From the NCBI RefSeq assembly GCF_044324875.1, contig NZ_CP172185.1: a DNA stretch of 64,000 nt; one strand, written 5' to 3'. Made by a program: the position numbers and the translations under genes. Source of the stretch: Escherichia coli. Its GTDB lineage: Bacteria; Pseudomonadota; Gammaproteobacteria; Enterobacterales; Enterobacteriaceae. The notes beneath the pieces were generated by a model. The model searched no databases. It was not told where the DNA came from and worked only from the letters and a program-made list of their open reading frames with translations. Positions 30,206 to 50,645 of the stretch are shown here, piece after piece; position 1 is the first letter of the stretch; every line of letters starts with the position of its first letter.

Positions 30206-31480
30206 TTATTCACCAGATGCCTGTTGCGCTTCCGGCTTGCCATAAATCAGCAACGGCTTGCTTTGACCATCAATTACCGATTCGTCGATAACCACTTTTT
30301 CGACGTCTTCCATGGACGGCAGATCGTACATGGTATCGAGCAGTGCGGCTTCTACGATGGAACGCAGGCCACGGGCACCGGTTTTACGCGCCATCGCTTT
30401 CTTAGCGATAGCATCCAGCGCCTCGTCACGGAATTCCAGATCCACGCCTTCCAGATTAAACAGCGCCTGATACTGCTTGGTCAGGGCGTTTTTCGGCTCT
30501 TTGAGGATCTGAATCAGAGCTTCTTCGCTCAGTTCATTCAACGTTGCTACAACCGGCAGACGACCAATGAACTCAGGGATCAGACCAAACTTGATCAGAT
30601 CTTCCGGTTCAACCTGCGCCAGCAGCTCGCCTTCGCTTGCTTTGTCGGACTTCGCTTTTACCGTCGCGCCAAAACCAATGCCGGAGCCGGTTTCTACACG
30701 ATGGGAAATGACTTTATCCAGACCAGCGAACGCACCACCACAAATAAACAGGATCTTAGAGGTATCTACCTGCAAGAACTCTTGCTGCGGGTGTTTACGC
30801 CCGCCCTGCGGTGGAACGGCGGCAACCGTACCTTCAATCAGTTTCAACAGTGCCTGCTGTACGCCTTCACCGGAAACGTCTCGGGTAATGGACGGGTTGT
30901 CTGACTTACGAGAAATCTTGTCGATTTCATCGATGTAGACAATCCCGCGCTGCGCTTTCTGTACGTCGTAATCGCACTTTTGCAACAGCTTCTGAATGAT
31001 GTTTTCAACGTCTTCGCCCACATAACCGGCTTCGGTCAGCGTGGTTGCGTCGGCCATGGTGAACGGGACGTCCAGCAGGCGCGCCAGCGTTTCAGCCAGC
31101 AGCGTTTTACCGGAACCGGTCGGACCGATCAGCAGAATGTTACTTTTGCCCAACTCGACACCATTGCTGGTATCGCCGTTGCGCAGACGTTTGTAATGGT
31201 TGTATACCGCGACCGCCAGCACTTTTTTCGCCTGTTCCTGGCCGATAACGTAATCGTCCAGGTGGTTACGAATTTCATGCGGCGTCGGTAGCGCACTGCG
31301 TTCACGATGCGGTGCAACTTCTTTAATCTCTTCGCGAATGATGTCGTTACATAAATCAACACATTCGTCGCAGATATACACGGATGGACCGGCAATCAGC
31401 TTGCGCACTTCATGCTGGCTTTTGCCGCAAAAAGAGCAATACAGCAATTTGCCTGAGCCATCTTTGCGTTTATCTGTCAT
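30206..31480 (-). CDS. clpX: ATP-dependent Clp protease ATP-binding subunit ClpX
   Basis: 424-aa [47 protein letters not shown]... (zinc-binding N-domain, Walker A GPTGSGKT). Confidence 0.97.
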
Positions 31481-31605
31481 GGGTCAAAACCTCTTCTTTG
31501 TTCTTTGTGCCGCACACGACGACGCAAATGCCATTCTCAGGCGCAAGCCGCTTACAGCGTTGTGCCGCCCTGGATAAGTATAGCGGCACAGTTGCGCCTC
31601 TGGCA

Positions 31606-32229
31606 TCAATTACGATGGGTCAGAATCGAATCGACCAGACCGTATTCCACCGCTTCAGGGGCGGAAAGGAAGCGATCGCGCTCGGTATCACGTTCAATCT
31701 GTTCTAATGATTGACCCGTATGAAGCGCCATAAGTTCATTCATGCGCCCTTTAACTTTCAGAATTTCACGGGCATGAATTTCGATATCGGTCGCCTGGCC
31801 CTGGTAGCCGCCCAACGGCTGGTGAATCATCACGCGCGAATTCGGCAGGCAGAAACGTTTACCTTTTGCCCCTGCAGTCAGCAAGAAAGCGCCCATCGAA
31901 GCCGCCTGGCCCATACAGATGGTGCTGACATCAGGCTTGATAAACTGCATGGTGTCATAGATAGACATCCCGGCAGTGATCACCCCGCCAGGGGAGTTAA
32001 TGTACAGATAGATATCTTTTTCTGGGTTTTCTGCTTCCAGGAACAGCATCTGCGCCACAATCAGGTTAGCCATGTGGTCTTCAACCTGGCCAGTCAGAAA
32101 AATGACGCGTTCCTTAAGTAGACGAGAATAGATATCAAAAGAGCGCTCACCTCGTGAGGTCTGTTCAATGACCATCGGCACCAGCGCCATATGGGGTGCA
32201 AAATTATCTCGTTCGCCGCTGTATGACAT
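31606..32229 (-). CDS. clpP: ATP-dependent Clp protease proteolytic subunit ClpP
   Basis: 207-aa [54 protein letters not shown]... Confidence 0.97.
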   Translation of the reverse strand: MSYSGERDNFAPHMALVPMVIEQTSRGERSFDIYSRLLKERVIFLTGQVEDHMANLIVAQMLFLEAENPEKDIYLYINSPGGVITAGMSIYDTMQFIKPDVSTICMGQAASMGAFLLTAGAKGKRFCLPNSRVMIHQPLGGYQGQATDIEIHAREILKVKGRMNELMALHTGQSLEQIERDTERDRFLSAPEAVEYGLVDSILTHRN

Positions 32230-32474
32230 TTCCGTCTCCTGGATAAAATTGAAAAAACCTGCTGTACCGATTGTAACCTTATGGACGGATTATCAGCTAG
32301 TCCCTGTGTTATGGGTACGGCATCACCATATTTCAAGCATAACAATCTTTTGTTGTTACGCTAACACCGAAAGAGGCTTTTCGCACGGTTCCATGCAAAA
32401 TTCATGACAAAAAAAAGCCCACCACCTGGCGGTGACGGGCTTTTGTGCGAATTTAGCGCGTTATGCTGCGTAAA

Positions 32475-33782
<1,308 letters not shown>

Positions 33783-34116
33783 TCAAAAAATCACAGTGCT
33801 CGGTCAACTCTTACCCCGCAAGCACAGGTTGTTGGCTTCGCGGAACCGGGATGTTCTTATAATCAATCACATTCCCTGTTACCAGAATCATCCCGAAAGC
33901 ATTCAAATAGGACGCGGCATTATAGCGGCATCACTTTTATGAGTCGAGAACGGTTATTGCGCGCTGTCGCGTATTTTTTCACAATTCCCGGGCAATTTTC
34001 GTCTGAATGCTGGGCAAAAAGCGCAAAATCCAGACAAAACAAAACGGCCCGCAGGCCGTTTTTCATAAAATCTTTAGCAACATACTGGAAAAGCGCCGAC
34101 AGTTGCAAATGCGTTT

Positions 34117-34434
34117 TTACGCGATGCTTCCTGCTCCACGACAGGGAGGAGAGGCAAAGACGGTGTCCTGCAACCCTTCCCACTCCTTAATAGTGTAAGT
34201 ATGCAGAGCCAGCGCATGAACGGTAGTAGAGAGTTCCTCCGCTAAAGTACTGTAAATCATTCGATGACGATTCAGAAAACGTTCACCCGTAAAACGATCG
34301 CTGACCAGCACAACTTTAAAATGGCTTTCAGAGCCGGCTGGGACATTGTGACGATAGCTTTCATCCACTACTTCGAGGAATACGGGTTGGAACGCCGCCC
34401 TTAATTTTTCTTCTATCCGCTCACGTATCATCAT
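34117..34434 (-). CDS. bolA: BolA stress-response morphogene regulator
   Basis: ORF 34117..34467 trimmed to ATG 34434, [42 protein letters not shown]..., 105 aa. Confidence 0.93.
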
Positions 34435-34738
34435 GAAATATCTCCTCCGACAACGCTGAGATGTCATCCATCCCTTTAAATACTAGCCGCTTTTACCGTT
34501 TCCATTGCAGCTTAACAACAAATATTTAGGTTTCGTCCTGGTTTTTCTGTCAAGCGTATGAAGTTTACTGATTTAAAGATTGAAACACAGGCCTCGCATC
34601 AGCGTTTCTTTTACCAGGGGTGATTATTTCGTCAACATGATGAATTTACATGCCTTACCCACTTCCCCTCGCCGTTGGCAATGTTATGATGGCGGGAATT
34701 TTTACCAAACACGCTTAAGAGTCTCTGAGAGCCCGAAC

Positions 34739-35317
34739 ATGTTCAAAAAAATCCTCTTCCCGTTAGTTGCTCTGTTTATGCTTGCAGGATGCGCAAAACC
34801 GCCAACAACTATTGAAGTTTCCCCGACGATGACACTGCCACAGCAGGATCCAAGCCTGATGGGCGTCACCGTAAGCATTAATGGTGCCGATCAGCGTACC
34901 GATCAGGCGCTGGCAAAAGTCACCCGCGATAATCAAATCGTTACCCTGACCGCCTCCCGCGATCTGCGTTTCCTGCTGCAAGAAGTGCTGGAAAAACAGA
35001 TGACCGCGCGTGGTTACATGGTTGGTCCGAATGGCCCGGTTAATCTGCAAATCATCGTTAGCCAACTGTATGCTGACGTGTCCCAGGGCAACGTGCGCTA
35101 CAACATCGCTACTAAAGCGGATATTGCCATCATCGCTACCGCGCAGAATGGCAACAAAATGACCAAAAACTATCGTGCCAGCTACAACGTTGAAGGTGCG
35201 TTCCAGGCCTCCAACAAAAATATCGCCGATGCGGTTAACAGTGTGCTGACCGATACCATCGCTGATATGTCTCAGGACACCAGCATCCACGAATTCATCA
35301 AGCAGAACGCGCGTTAA
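34739..35317 (+). CDS. yajG: YajG lipoprotein
   Basis: ORF 34580..35317 trimmed to ATG 34739, MFKKILFPLVALFMLAGCAKPP... (lipobox), 192 aa. Confidence 0.9.
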   Translation: MFKKILFPLVALFMLAGCAKPPTTIEVSPTMTLPQQDPSLMGVTVSINGADQRTDQALAKVTRDNQIVTLTASRDLRFLLQEVLEKQMTARGYMVGPNGPVNLQIIVSQLYADVSQGNVRYNIATKADIAIIATAQNGNKMTKNYRASYNVEGAFQASNKNIADAVNSVLTDTIADMSQDTSIHEFIKQNAR

Positions 35318-35360
35318 TTTCTGCCCTCTGGCCCGGTGCAAGCCGGGCCTGTAGACGCCC

Positions 35361-36836
35361 ATGTCCAGTCAATATTTACGTATTTTTCAACAGCCGCGTT
35401 CAGCCATATTGCTGATCCTGGGTTTTGCTTCCGGGCTACCGCTCGCCCTGACATCCGGCACCTTACAGGCCTGGATGACGGTCGAGAATATCGACCTCAA
35501 AACCATTGGTTTCTTCTCGCTGGTAGGCCAGGCTTACGTTTTTAAATTCCTCTGGTCACCGCTGATGGACCGCTACACGCCCCCATTTTTCGGGCGGCGG
35601 CGCGGTTGGCTGCTCGCCACGCAAATCATGTTATTAGTCGCCATTGCGGCGATGGGTTTTCTCGAACCTGGCACCCAACTCCGCTGGATGGCGGCACTGG
35701 CAGTGGTGATCGCTTTTTGCTCTGCCTCCCAGGATATTGTCTTCGATGCATGGAAAACCGATGTGCTCCCGGCAGAAGAACGTGGTGCGGGCGCGGCAAT
35801 CAGCGTGCTGGGTTACCGTTTAGGGATGCTGGTTTCCGGCGGCTTAGCCCTGTGGCTGGCAGATAAATGGCTGGGCTGGCAGGGCATGTACTGGTTGATG
35901 GCGGCGCTGTTGATCCCCTGTATTATCGCGACGTTACTTGCACCAGAACCAACCGACACCATTCCAGTGCCCAAAACGCTGGAACAAGCGGTTGTTGCAC
36001 CTCTGCGCGATTTCTTTGGTCGCAATAATGCCTGGCTTATTTTGCTTCTTATCGTGCTGTATAAGCTGGGCGACGCATTCGCCATGAGCCTGACAACCAC
36101 GTTTTTGATTCGTGGCGTCGGGTTTGATGCGGGTGAAGTAGGCGTGGTTAACAAAACGCTTGGCTTACTGGCGACCATTGTTGGCGCATTGTACGGTGGG
36201 ATTTTGATGCAGCGCCTGTCACTGTTCCGGGCGCTGCTGATTTTCGGTATTTTACAAGGTGCGTCTAACGCCGGTTACTGGCTGCTGTCGATTACTGATA
36301 AGCATCTCTACAGCATGGGCGCAGCCGTCTTTTTCGAAAACCTCTGTGGCGGGATGGGTACATCAGCCTTTGTCGCGCTGTTAATGACGCTGTGTAATAA
36401 GTCATTTTCCGCTACTCAATTTGCCCTGCTCTCAGCGCTTTCTGCTGTAGGGCGAGTTTATGTCGGCCCCGTGGCGGGTTGGTTTGTTGAAGCACACGGC
36501 TGGTCGACATTCTATCTGTTCTCCGTCGCCGCTGCCGTACCAGGGCTTATTTTGCTGCTGATTTGTCGCCAGACGCTTGAATATACACGAGTAAATGATA
36601 ACTTTATCTCCCGTACCGAATATCCGGCAGGTTATGCCTTTGCCATGTGGACACTGGCGGCGGGCGTCAGCCTGTTGGCCGTGTGGTTACTGCTGTTGAC
36701 GATGGACGCGCTGGATTTGACGCACTTCTCTTTCCTGCCTGCTCTGCTGGAAGTCGGGGTTTTAGTCGCCCTTTCTGGCGTCGTGCTTGGTGGTTTACTG
36801 GATTATCTGGCGCTACGAAAAACGCATCTGACGTAA
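35361..36836 (+). CDS. ampG: Muropeptide permease AmpG (MFS)
   Basis: 491-aa ORF MSSQYLRIFQQPRSAILLILGFASGLPLALTSGTLQAWMTVENIDLKTIGFF... Confidence 0.95.
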   Translation: MSSQYLRIFQQPRSAILLILGFASGLPLALTSGTLQAWMTVENIDLKTIGFFSLVGQAYVFKFLWSPLMDRYTPPFFGRRRGWLLATQIMLLVAIAAMGFLEPGTQLRWMAALAVVIAFCSASQDIVFDAWKTDVLPAEERGAGAAISVLGYRLGMLVSGGLALWLADKWLGWQGMYWLMAALLIPCIIATLLAPEPTDTIPVPKTLEQAVVAPLRDFFGRNNAWLILLLIVLYKLGDAFAMSLTTTFLIRGVGFDAGEVGVVNKTLGLLATIVGALYGGILMQRLSLFRALLIFGILQGASNAGYWLLSITDKHLYSMGAAVFFENLCGGMGTSAFVALLMTLCNKSFSATQFALLSALSAVGRVYVGPVAGWFVEAHGWSTFYLFSVAAAVPGLILLLICRQTLEYTRVNDNFISRTEYPAGYAFAMWTLAAGVSLLAVWLLLLTMDALDLTHFSFLPALLEVGVLVALSGVVLGGLLDYLALRKTHLT

Positions 36837-37295
36837 TCTGTAAATATTATTTAGCCGTAGTAATCACTCGCCGTAATTATTGCGGCCAAATAAACATCAG
36901 CATCGCTTATTAATATTTGTTCTTTTGTGCGGCTTAGCGTCTGGAAATTATTGACGTCATTTATGAATTCTATTTTTCTTACACGATTCAGCTAATGAGT
37001 CTTTATTTTCTCACTACCCAGTTGTCACCTTAATGATAATTATTTGTTAAATAATTGTTTTATTTCGCATTGGTTATACCAATTGCCCGCCCAGACTCCT
37101 TCTGCACTCCCCTTTTGTTATAACGCCCTTTTGCAACAGCTTCTTAAAATCAACCTGATATGTTTTGCAACATATGTGACCTGGAAGCCAAATCCAAGTA
37201 ACAGGAATTTAATCATGTTTACAGTAATGTAACCTTCCCGTAAAATGCCCACACACTTTAAACGCCACCAGATCCCGTGGAATTGAGGTCGTTAA

Positions 37296-38243
<948 letters not shown>

Positions 38244-38252
38244 AGGGGTTGA

Positions 38253-41189
<2,937 letters not shown>

Positions 41190-41200
41190 GAGCGGCGGTT

Positions 41201-42091
41201 ATGATGTTTAAGCAATACCTGCAAGTAACGAAACCAGGCATCATCTTTGGCAACCTGATCTCGGTGATTGGGGGATTCCTGCTGGCCTCAAAGGGCAGCA
41301 TTGATTATCCCCTGTTTATCTACACGCTGGTTGGGGTGTCACTGGTTGTGGCGTCGGGTTGTGTGTTTAACAACTACATCGACAGGGATATCGACAGAAA
41401 GATGGAAAGGACGAAGAATCGGGTGCTGGTTAAAGGCCTGATCTCTCCTGCTGTCTCGCTGGTGTACGCCACCTTGCTGGGTATTGCTGGCTTTATGCTG
41501 CTGTGGTTTGGCGCGAATCCGCTGGCCTGCTGGCTGGGGGTGATGGGCTTTGTGGTTTACGTCGGCGTTTATAGCCTGTACATGAAACGCCACTCAGTCT
41601 ACGGCACATTGATTGGTTCGCTCTCCGGCGCTGCGCCGCCGGTGATCGGCTACTGTGCAGTAACCGGCGAGTTCGATAGTGGCGCAGCGATCCTGCTTGC
41701 TATCTTCAGTCTGTGGCAGATGCCTCACTCCTATGCCATCGCCATTTTCCGCTTTAAGGATTACCAGGCGGCAAACATTCCGGTATTGCCAGTGGTAAAA
41801 GGCATTTCGGTGGCGAAGAATCACATCACGCTGTATATCATCGCCTTTGCCGTTGCCACGCTGATGCTCTCTCTTGGCGGTTACGCTGGGTATAAATATC
41901 TGGTAGTCGCCGCGGCGGTGAGCGTCTGGTGGTTAGGCATGGCTCTGCGCGGTTATAAAGTTGCTGATGACAGAATCTGGGCGCGCAAGCTGTTCGGCTT
42001 CTCTATCATCGCCATCACTGCCCTCTCGGTGATGATGTCCGTTGATTTTATGGTGCCGGACTCGCATACGCTGCTGGCTGCTGTGTGGTAA
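41201..42091 (+). CDS. cyoE: Protohaem IX farnesyltransferase (haem O synthase)
   Basis: ORF 41156..42091 trimmed to ATG 41201, [32 protein letters not shown]..., 296 aa. Confidence 0.95.
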
Positions 42092-42239
42092 CACAACCTC
42101 TCAGTTAAAAAGGTGCTACGGCACCTTTTTTCTTAGCATTAGAATCATATCCCTCTCGAAATATTTACTAAAAAATCCGCATGTTTACCCCATTCGTTTG
42201 CCGCTTTACACTAGTCGCGAATTTAAAACAGAGGTGGTA

Positions 42240-43604
42240 ATGAACGATTATAAAATGACGCCAGGTGAGCGACGCGCGACCTGGGGTTTAGGGACCGTAT
42301 TCTCGTTGCGCATGCTGGGCATGTTCATGGTTCTGCCGGTTCTGACCACGTACGGCATGGCTCTGCAAGGTGCCAGCGAAGCATTAATCGGTATTGCCAT
42401 TGGTATTTATGGTCTGACTCAGGCCGTTTTTCAGATTCCGTTTGGCCTGCTTTCCGACCGCATTGGTCGCAAACCATTAATTGTCGGTGGGCTGGCAGTG
42501 TTTGCCGCCGGTAGCGTTATCGCTGCGCTCTCTGACTCCATCTGGGGAATTATTCTGGGCCGGGCGCTACAAGGCTCCGGTGCGATTGCCGCTGCCGTTA
42601 TGGCGCTGCTTTCCGATCTCACGCGCGAACAAAACCGCACCAAAGCAATGGCGTTTATCGGCGTGAGCTTTGGCATTACCTTTGCCATTGCGATGGTGCT
42701 TGGCCCGATCATCACTCACAAACTTGGGCTGCACGCGCTGTTCTGGATGATCGCTATTCTGGCAACGACCGGCATTGCGTTGACCATTTGGGTTGTGCCC
42801 AACAGTAGCACTCACGTACTTAATCGTGAGTCCGGAATGGTGAAAGGCAGTTTCAGTAAAGTGCTGGCGGAACCGCGGCTGCTGAAACTCAACTTTGGCA
42901 TTATGTGTCTGCATATTTTGCTGATGTCGACGTTTGTTGCCCTGCCCGGACAACTGGCTGATGCGGGGTTCCCGGCGGCTGAACACTGGAAGGTCTATCT
43001 GGCGACAATGCTAATCGCCTTTGGCTCGGTCGTGCCTTTCATTATCTACGCTGAAGTTAAGCGCAAAATGAAGCAAGTCTTTGTCTTCTGCGTTGGGTTG
43101 ATCGTGGTTGCGGAAATTGTGTTGTGGAACGCACAAACGCAGTTCTGGCAACTGGTGGTCGGCGTGCAGCTTTTCTTTGTAGCGTTTAATTTGATGGAAG
43201 CCCTTCTGCCTTCACTTATCAGTAAAGAGTCGCCAGCAGGTTACAAAGGTACGGCGATGGGTGTTTACTCCACCAGCCAGTTTCTTGGCGTGGCGATTGG
43301 CGGTTCGCTGGGCGGCTGGATTGACGGCATGTTTGACGGTCAGGGAGTATTTCTCGCTGGCGCAATGCTGGCCGCAGTGTGGCTGGCAGTCGCCAGTACC
43401 ATGAAAGAACCGCCGTATGTCAGCAGCTTGCGCATTGAAATCCCGGCGGACATTGCCGCAAACGAGGCGTTAAAAGTGCGTTTGCTGGAAACTGAAGGCG
43501 TCAAAGAAGTGTTGATTGCAGAAGAAGAACATTCAGCTTATGTGAAAATCGACAGCAAAGTGACGAATCGCTTTGAGGTTGAACAGGCAATTCGTCAGGC
43601 ATAA
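42240..43604 (+). CDS. yajR: MFS transporter YajR
   Basis: ORF 42042..43604 trimmed to ATG 42240, MNDYKMTPGERRATWGLGTVFSLRMLGMFMVLPVLTTYG..., 454 aa. Confidence 0.92.
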   Translation: MNDYKMTPGERRATWGLGTVFSLRMLGMFMVLPVLTTYGMALQGASEALIGIAIGIYGLTQAVFQIPFGLLSDRIGRKPLIVGGLAVFAAGSVIAALSDSIWGIILGRALQGSGAIAAAVMALLSDLTREQNRTKAMAFIGVSFGITFAIAMVLGPIITHKLGLHALFWMIAILATTGIALTIWVVPNSSTHVLNRESGMVKGSFSKVLAEPRLLKLNFGIMCLHILLMSTFVALPGQLADAGFPAAEHWKVYLATMLIAFGSVVPFIIYAEVKRKMKQVFVFCVGLIVVAEIVLWNAQTQFWQLVVGVQLFFVAFNLMEALLPSLISKESPAGYKGTAMGVYSTSQFLGVAIGGSLGGWIDGMFDGQGVFLAGAMLAAVWLAVASTMKEPPYVSSLRIEIPADIAANEALKVRLLETEGVKEVLIAEEEHSAYVKIDSKVTNRFEVEQAIRQA

Positions 43605-43614
43605 AAAACGAGGC

Positions 43615-43715
43615 GAATTGCCTGCTGCGCTACGCTTACCAGGCCTACAAAGTTCCTGAGTTATAAACCTTTGTAGGCCGAATTAGCTGTTCATGCTGCA
43701 TTCGGCATGAACAAA
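43615..43715. repeat. REP/BIME-type palindromic cluster between convergent yajR and yajQ
   Basis: tgcctgctgcgctacgcttaccaggcctaca is REP-like; a second hairpin gttcatgc...gcatgaac lies near 43690-43713. Confidence 0.65.
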
Positions 43716-43731
43716 ACGCACATTGTCGCGA

Positions 43732-44223
43732 TTAATCGCGGAAGTTTTTGAACTGGAACGGCTGACCGAGATCGCCACCACGTACCATCGCCATGACAGC
43801 CTGCAAATCATCACGAGATTTACCCGTTACGCGGATCTCATCGCCCTGAATTTGCGCCTGCACTTTCAGTTTGCTGTCTTTGATCATCTTGACGATTTTC
43901 TTCTGGGTCGCACTCTCAATGCCCTGTTTCAGTTTCGCTTCCACAAACCAGGTTTTACCGCTATGAACGATATTTTCCGGTACATCCAGCGAACTGCCTT
44001 CAATGCCGCGCTTCAGCAGCTTGGCACGCAGAATATCCAGCAACTGATTGACCTGGAAATCGGACTCGCTCAACACTTTGATGGTTTTGCTGGCGTCGTT
44101 CAGCTCAAATGAGGCTTCAACATTACGGAAGTCAAAACGGGACTCCACTTCGCGGCTCGCGTTATCGACCGCGTTACGTGCTTCCTGAAGATCAACTTCA
44201 GAGACAATATCGAAAGATGGCAT
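43732..44223 (-). CDS. yajQ: YajQ nucleotide-binding protein (UPF0234)
   Basis: ORF 43732..44391 trimmed to ATG 44223 (gaggagaaaag SD), [34 protein letters not shown]..., 163 aa. Confidence 0.92.
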
Positions 44224-44390
44224 CTTTTCCTCTCCCTTCATTTTTGATGCGAAGCATAATACCTGCAAAGTTAAATAACCAACAGTCCTGCACCAGGACG
44301 TATCCCTTAATTGTGCATAGTCGCAACAGCATGCACAATTAAGGGATAGCCTTATTGAACACCCGGAGTGGTTGCGGGTGAGGAGGAACA

Positions 44391-45855
<1,465 letters not shown>

Positions 45856-45870
45856 TGGCGGATGCGGCAA

Positions 45871-45898
45871 ACGTCGCATCTGACCAGATGCGACGTAA
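45871..45898. terminator. Perfect palindrome between convergent yajL and thiI (REP-like, bidirectional terminator candidate)
   Basis: cgtcgcatctg acc cagatgcgacg, an 11-bp perfect stem. Confidence 0.55.
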
Positions 45899-45908
45899 AA
45901 ACCACAAA

Positions 45909-47357
45909 TTACGGGCGATATACCTTCACATTGTTAAAGCCCTGCTCGCGCAGATAGAGCGCCTGCAGGCGGCTCATCACCCCGCGCTCACACCACAACA
46001 GCCAGGTTTTGTTCTGGTCGAGATCGCCAAATTTGGTGCTCAGTTTATAGAACGGCAGAGAAACCACATCAATCCCTTCGACTTTCAGCGGCTTATCTTC
46101 CTGTTCATCGATAGAACGGATATCGAGGATCACGTCGTTCGGGCCGAAGCCATTGACGGTTTCCACTTCCACCACTTCCTGCTCGGTCTGCTGGGCGATT
46201 TCGCGGATATCAACGTTATTCGCTTCCTCAACCACTTTATCGAGAATGCTGAAGTCGAACTTCTCTTCTTCCGCTTCAATCTTCGATTTAACCGCTTTCA
46301 CCGTCGGGCTTTTGGAGATCACACCGCAATATTCGGGCATCGTGCGGGCAAAGTCTTCAGTGCCAATCTGGCGAGCCAGGTTGATGATGTGCTCTTTGTC
46401 GTAAGAAATCAGCGGACGCAGGATCAGCGTGTCGGAGACGTTATCAATCAGGCGCAGGTTAGTCAGCGTCTGGCTAGACACCTGGCCCAGTGCTTCGCCA
46501 GTGACCAGCGCCTGTACACCGTAACGTTCAGCCACTTTAGACGCGGCACGCACCATCATACGTTTGAGGATAACACCCATCTGACCGTCGTCGATTTTCT
46601 CGAGAATTTCCCCGACGACAGGTTCGAAATTAATAGCGACAAAACGCACGCGGTGGGAGCTGCCAAAGCGGTTCCACAGATAATGCGCCACCTGACGCAC
46701 GCCAATTTCATGCGCCGCGCCGCCGAGGTTAAAGAAGCAGTAATGCACGCGGCAGCCGCGACGCATCAACATATAGCTGGAAACGCCGGAGTCGAAACCA
46801 CCGGAAATGAGCGACAGCACATCTTCCTGGGTACCAATCGGGAAACCGCCAATACCTTCATAGCGACCTTTAATCAGCAGGAGACGATCGTCTTCCACTT
46901 CCAGATGGACAGTGACATCCGGGTTAGTCAGCTTCACGCGCGCGGATTCAATATGCTGATTTAAACCGCCGCCGACGTAACGTTCCACATCAATCGAGCT
47001 AAAATCATGTTTGCCGCGGCGCTTCACGCGTACGCAGAAGGTTTTCCCTTCCAGCTGATCGCGATACTGAACCAACGCTTTCTCAAAAATATCGTGCATG
47101 TCGGTAAACGGCACGTCTTCGACTTCGAGAATATGGTGGATACCCGGAATACGGGTCAGGGCGTCGCGAATGGCCAGACGCTGGTTTTCATCTTTTGCGC
47201 GAACTTCGATGTTATCCCAGTGGCGGACGACAGCGAGCGTCTCATCATAGTGCTTTAAAACGTTACGAATGTTCCCGGTAAGGATTTTTATAAAGCGCAA
47301 GCGCACAGATTGGCTTTTGATGGTGATTTCCGGGAACAATTTAATGATAAACTTCAT
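45909..47357 (-). CDS. thiI: tRNA 4-thiouridine synthase / thiamine biosynthesis sulfurtransferase ThiI
   Basis: 482-aa [55 protein letters not shown]... Confidence 0.96.
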
Positions 47358-47562
47358 GGCGGCAATGGTTCGTTGGCAAGCCTTAAGCGACTTGTATAGG
47401 GAAAAATACAGCAGCCCACACCTGCGGCTGCATCCAGGCGCGGAAGTATACCACTAACATCGCTTTGCTGCGCACATCACCTTACCATTGCGCGTTATTT
47501 GCTATTTGCCCTGAGTCCGTTACCATGACGGGGCGAAAAATATTGAGAGTCAGACATTCATT

Positions 47563-47805
47563 ATGCCGAAGAAAAATGAGGCGCCCGCCAGCTTTGAAAA
47601 GGCGCTGAGCGAGCTGGAACAGATTGTAACCCGTCTGGAAAGTGGCGACCTGCCGCTGGAAGAGGCGCTGAACGAGTTCGAACGCGGCGTGCAGCTGGCA
47701 CGTCAGGGGCAGGCCAAATTACAACAAGCCGAACAGCGCGTACAAATTCTGCTGTCTGACAATGAAGACGCCTCTCTAACCCCTTTTACACCGGACAATG
47801 AGTAA
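47563..47805 (+). CDS. xseB: Exodeoxyribonuclease VII small subunit
   Basis: 80-aa [53 protein letters not shown]... Confidence 0.96.
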
Positions 47806-48704
47806 TGGACTTTCCGCAGCAACTCGAAGCCTGCGTTAAGCAGGCCAACCAGGCGCTGAGCCGTTTTATCGCCCCACTGCCCTTTCAGAACACTCCCGTG
47901 GTCGAAACCATGCAGTATGGCGCATTATTAGGTGGTAAGCGCCTGCGACCTTTCCTGGTTTATGCCACCGGTCATATGTTCGGCGTTAGCACAAACACGC
48001 TGGACGCACCCGCTGCCGCCGTAGAGTGTATCCACGCTTACTCATTAATTCATGATGATTTACCGGCAATGGATGATGACGATCTGCGTCGCGGTTTGCC
48101 AACCTGCCATGTGAAGTTTGGCGAAGCAAACGCGATTCTCGCTGGCGACGCTTTACAAACGCTGGCGTTCTCGATTTTAAGCGATGCCGATATGCCGGAA
48201 GTGTCGGATCGCGACAGAATTTCGATGATTTCAGAACTGGCGAGCGCCAGCGGTATTGCCGGAATGTGCGGTGGTCAGGCATTAGATTTAGATGCGGAAG
48301 GCAAACACGTACCTCTGGACGCGCTTGAGCGTATTCATCGTCATAAAACCGGCGCATTGATTCGCGCCGCCGTTCGCCTTGGTGCATTAAGCGCCGGAGA
48401 TAAAGGACGTCGTGCTCTGCCAGTACTCGACAAGTACGCAGAGAGCATCGGCCTTGCCTTCCAGGTTCAGGATGACATCCTGGATGTGGTAGGAGATACT
48501 GCAACGTTGGGAAAACGCCAGGGTGCCGACCAGCAACTTGGTAAAAGTACCTACCCTGCACTTCTGGGTCTTGAGCAAGCCCGGAAGAAAGCCCGGGATC
48601 TGATCGACGATGCCCGTCAGTCGCTGAAACAACTGGCTGAACAGTCACTCGATACCTCGGCACTGGAAGCGCTAGCGGACTACATCATCCAGCGTAATAA
48701 ATAA
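47805..48704 (+). CDS. ispA: Farnesyl diphosphate synthase
   Basis: 299-aa [35 protein letters not shown]...; DDxxD motifs (IHDDLPAMDDDDLRRG, FQVQDDILD); 1-nt overlap with the xseB stop. Confidence 0.96.
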   Translation: MDFPQQLEACVKQANQALSRFIAPLPFQNTPVVETMQYGALLGGKRLRPFLVYATGHMFGVSTNTLDAPAAAVECIHAYSLIHDDLPAMDDDDLRRGLPTCHVKFGEANAILAGDALQTLAFSILSDADMPEVSDRDRISMISELASASGIAGMCGGQALDLDAEGKHVPLDALERIHRHKTGALIRAAVRLGALSAGDKGRRALPVLDKYAESIGLAFQVQDDILDVVGDTATLGKRQGADQQLGKSTYPALLGLEQARKKARDLIDDARQSLKQLAEQSLDTSALEALADYIIQRNK

Positions 48705-48728
48705 ACAATAAGTATTAATAGGCCCCTG

Positions 48729-50591
<1,863 letters not shown>

Positions 50592-50645
50592 TCCCTACTC
50601 CACTCCTGCTATGCTTAAGAAATTATTCATGGCAGGAGTGGCAGC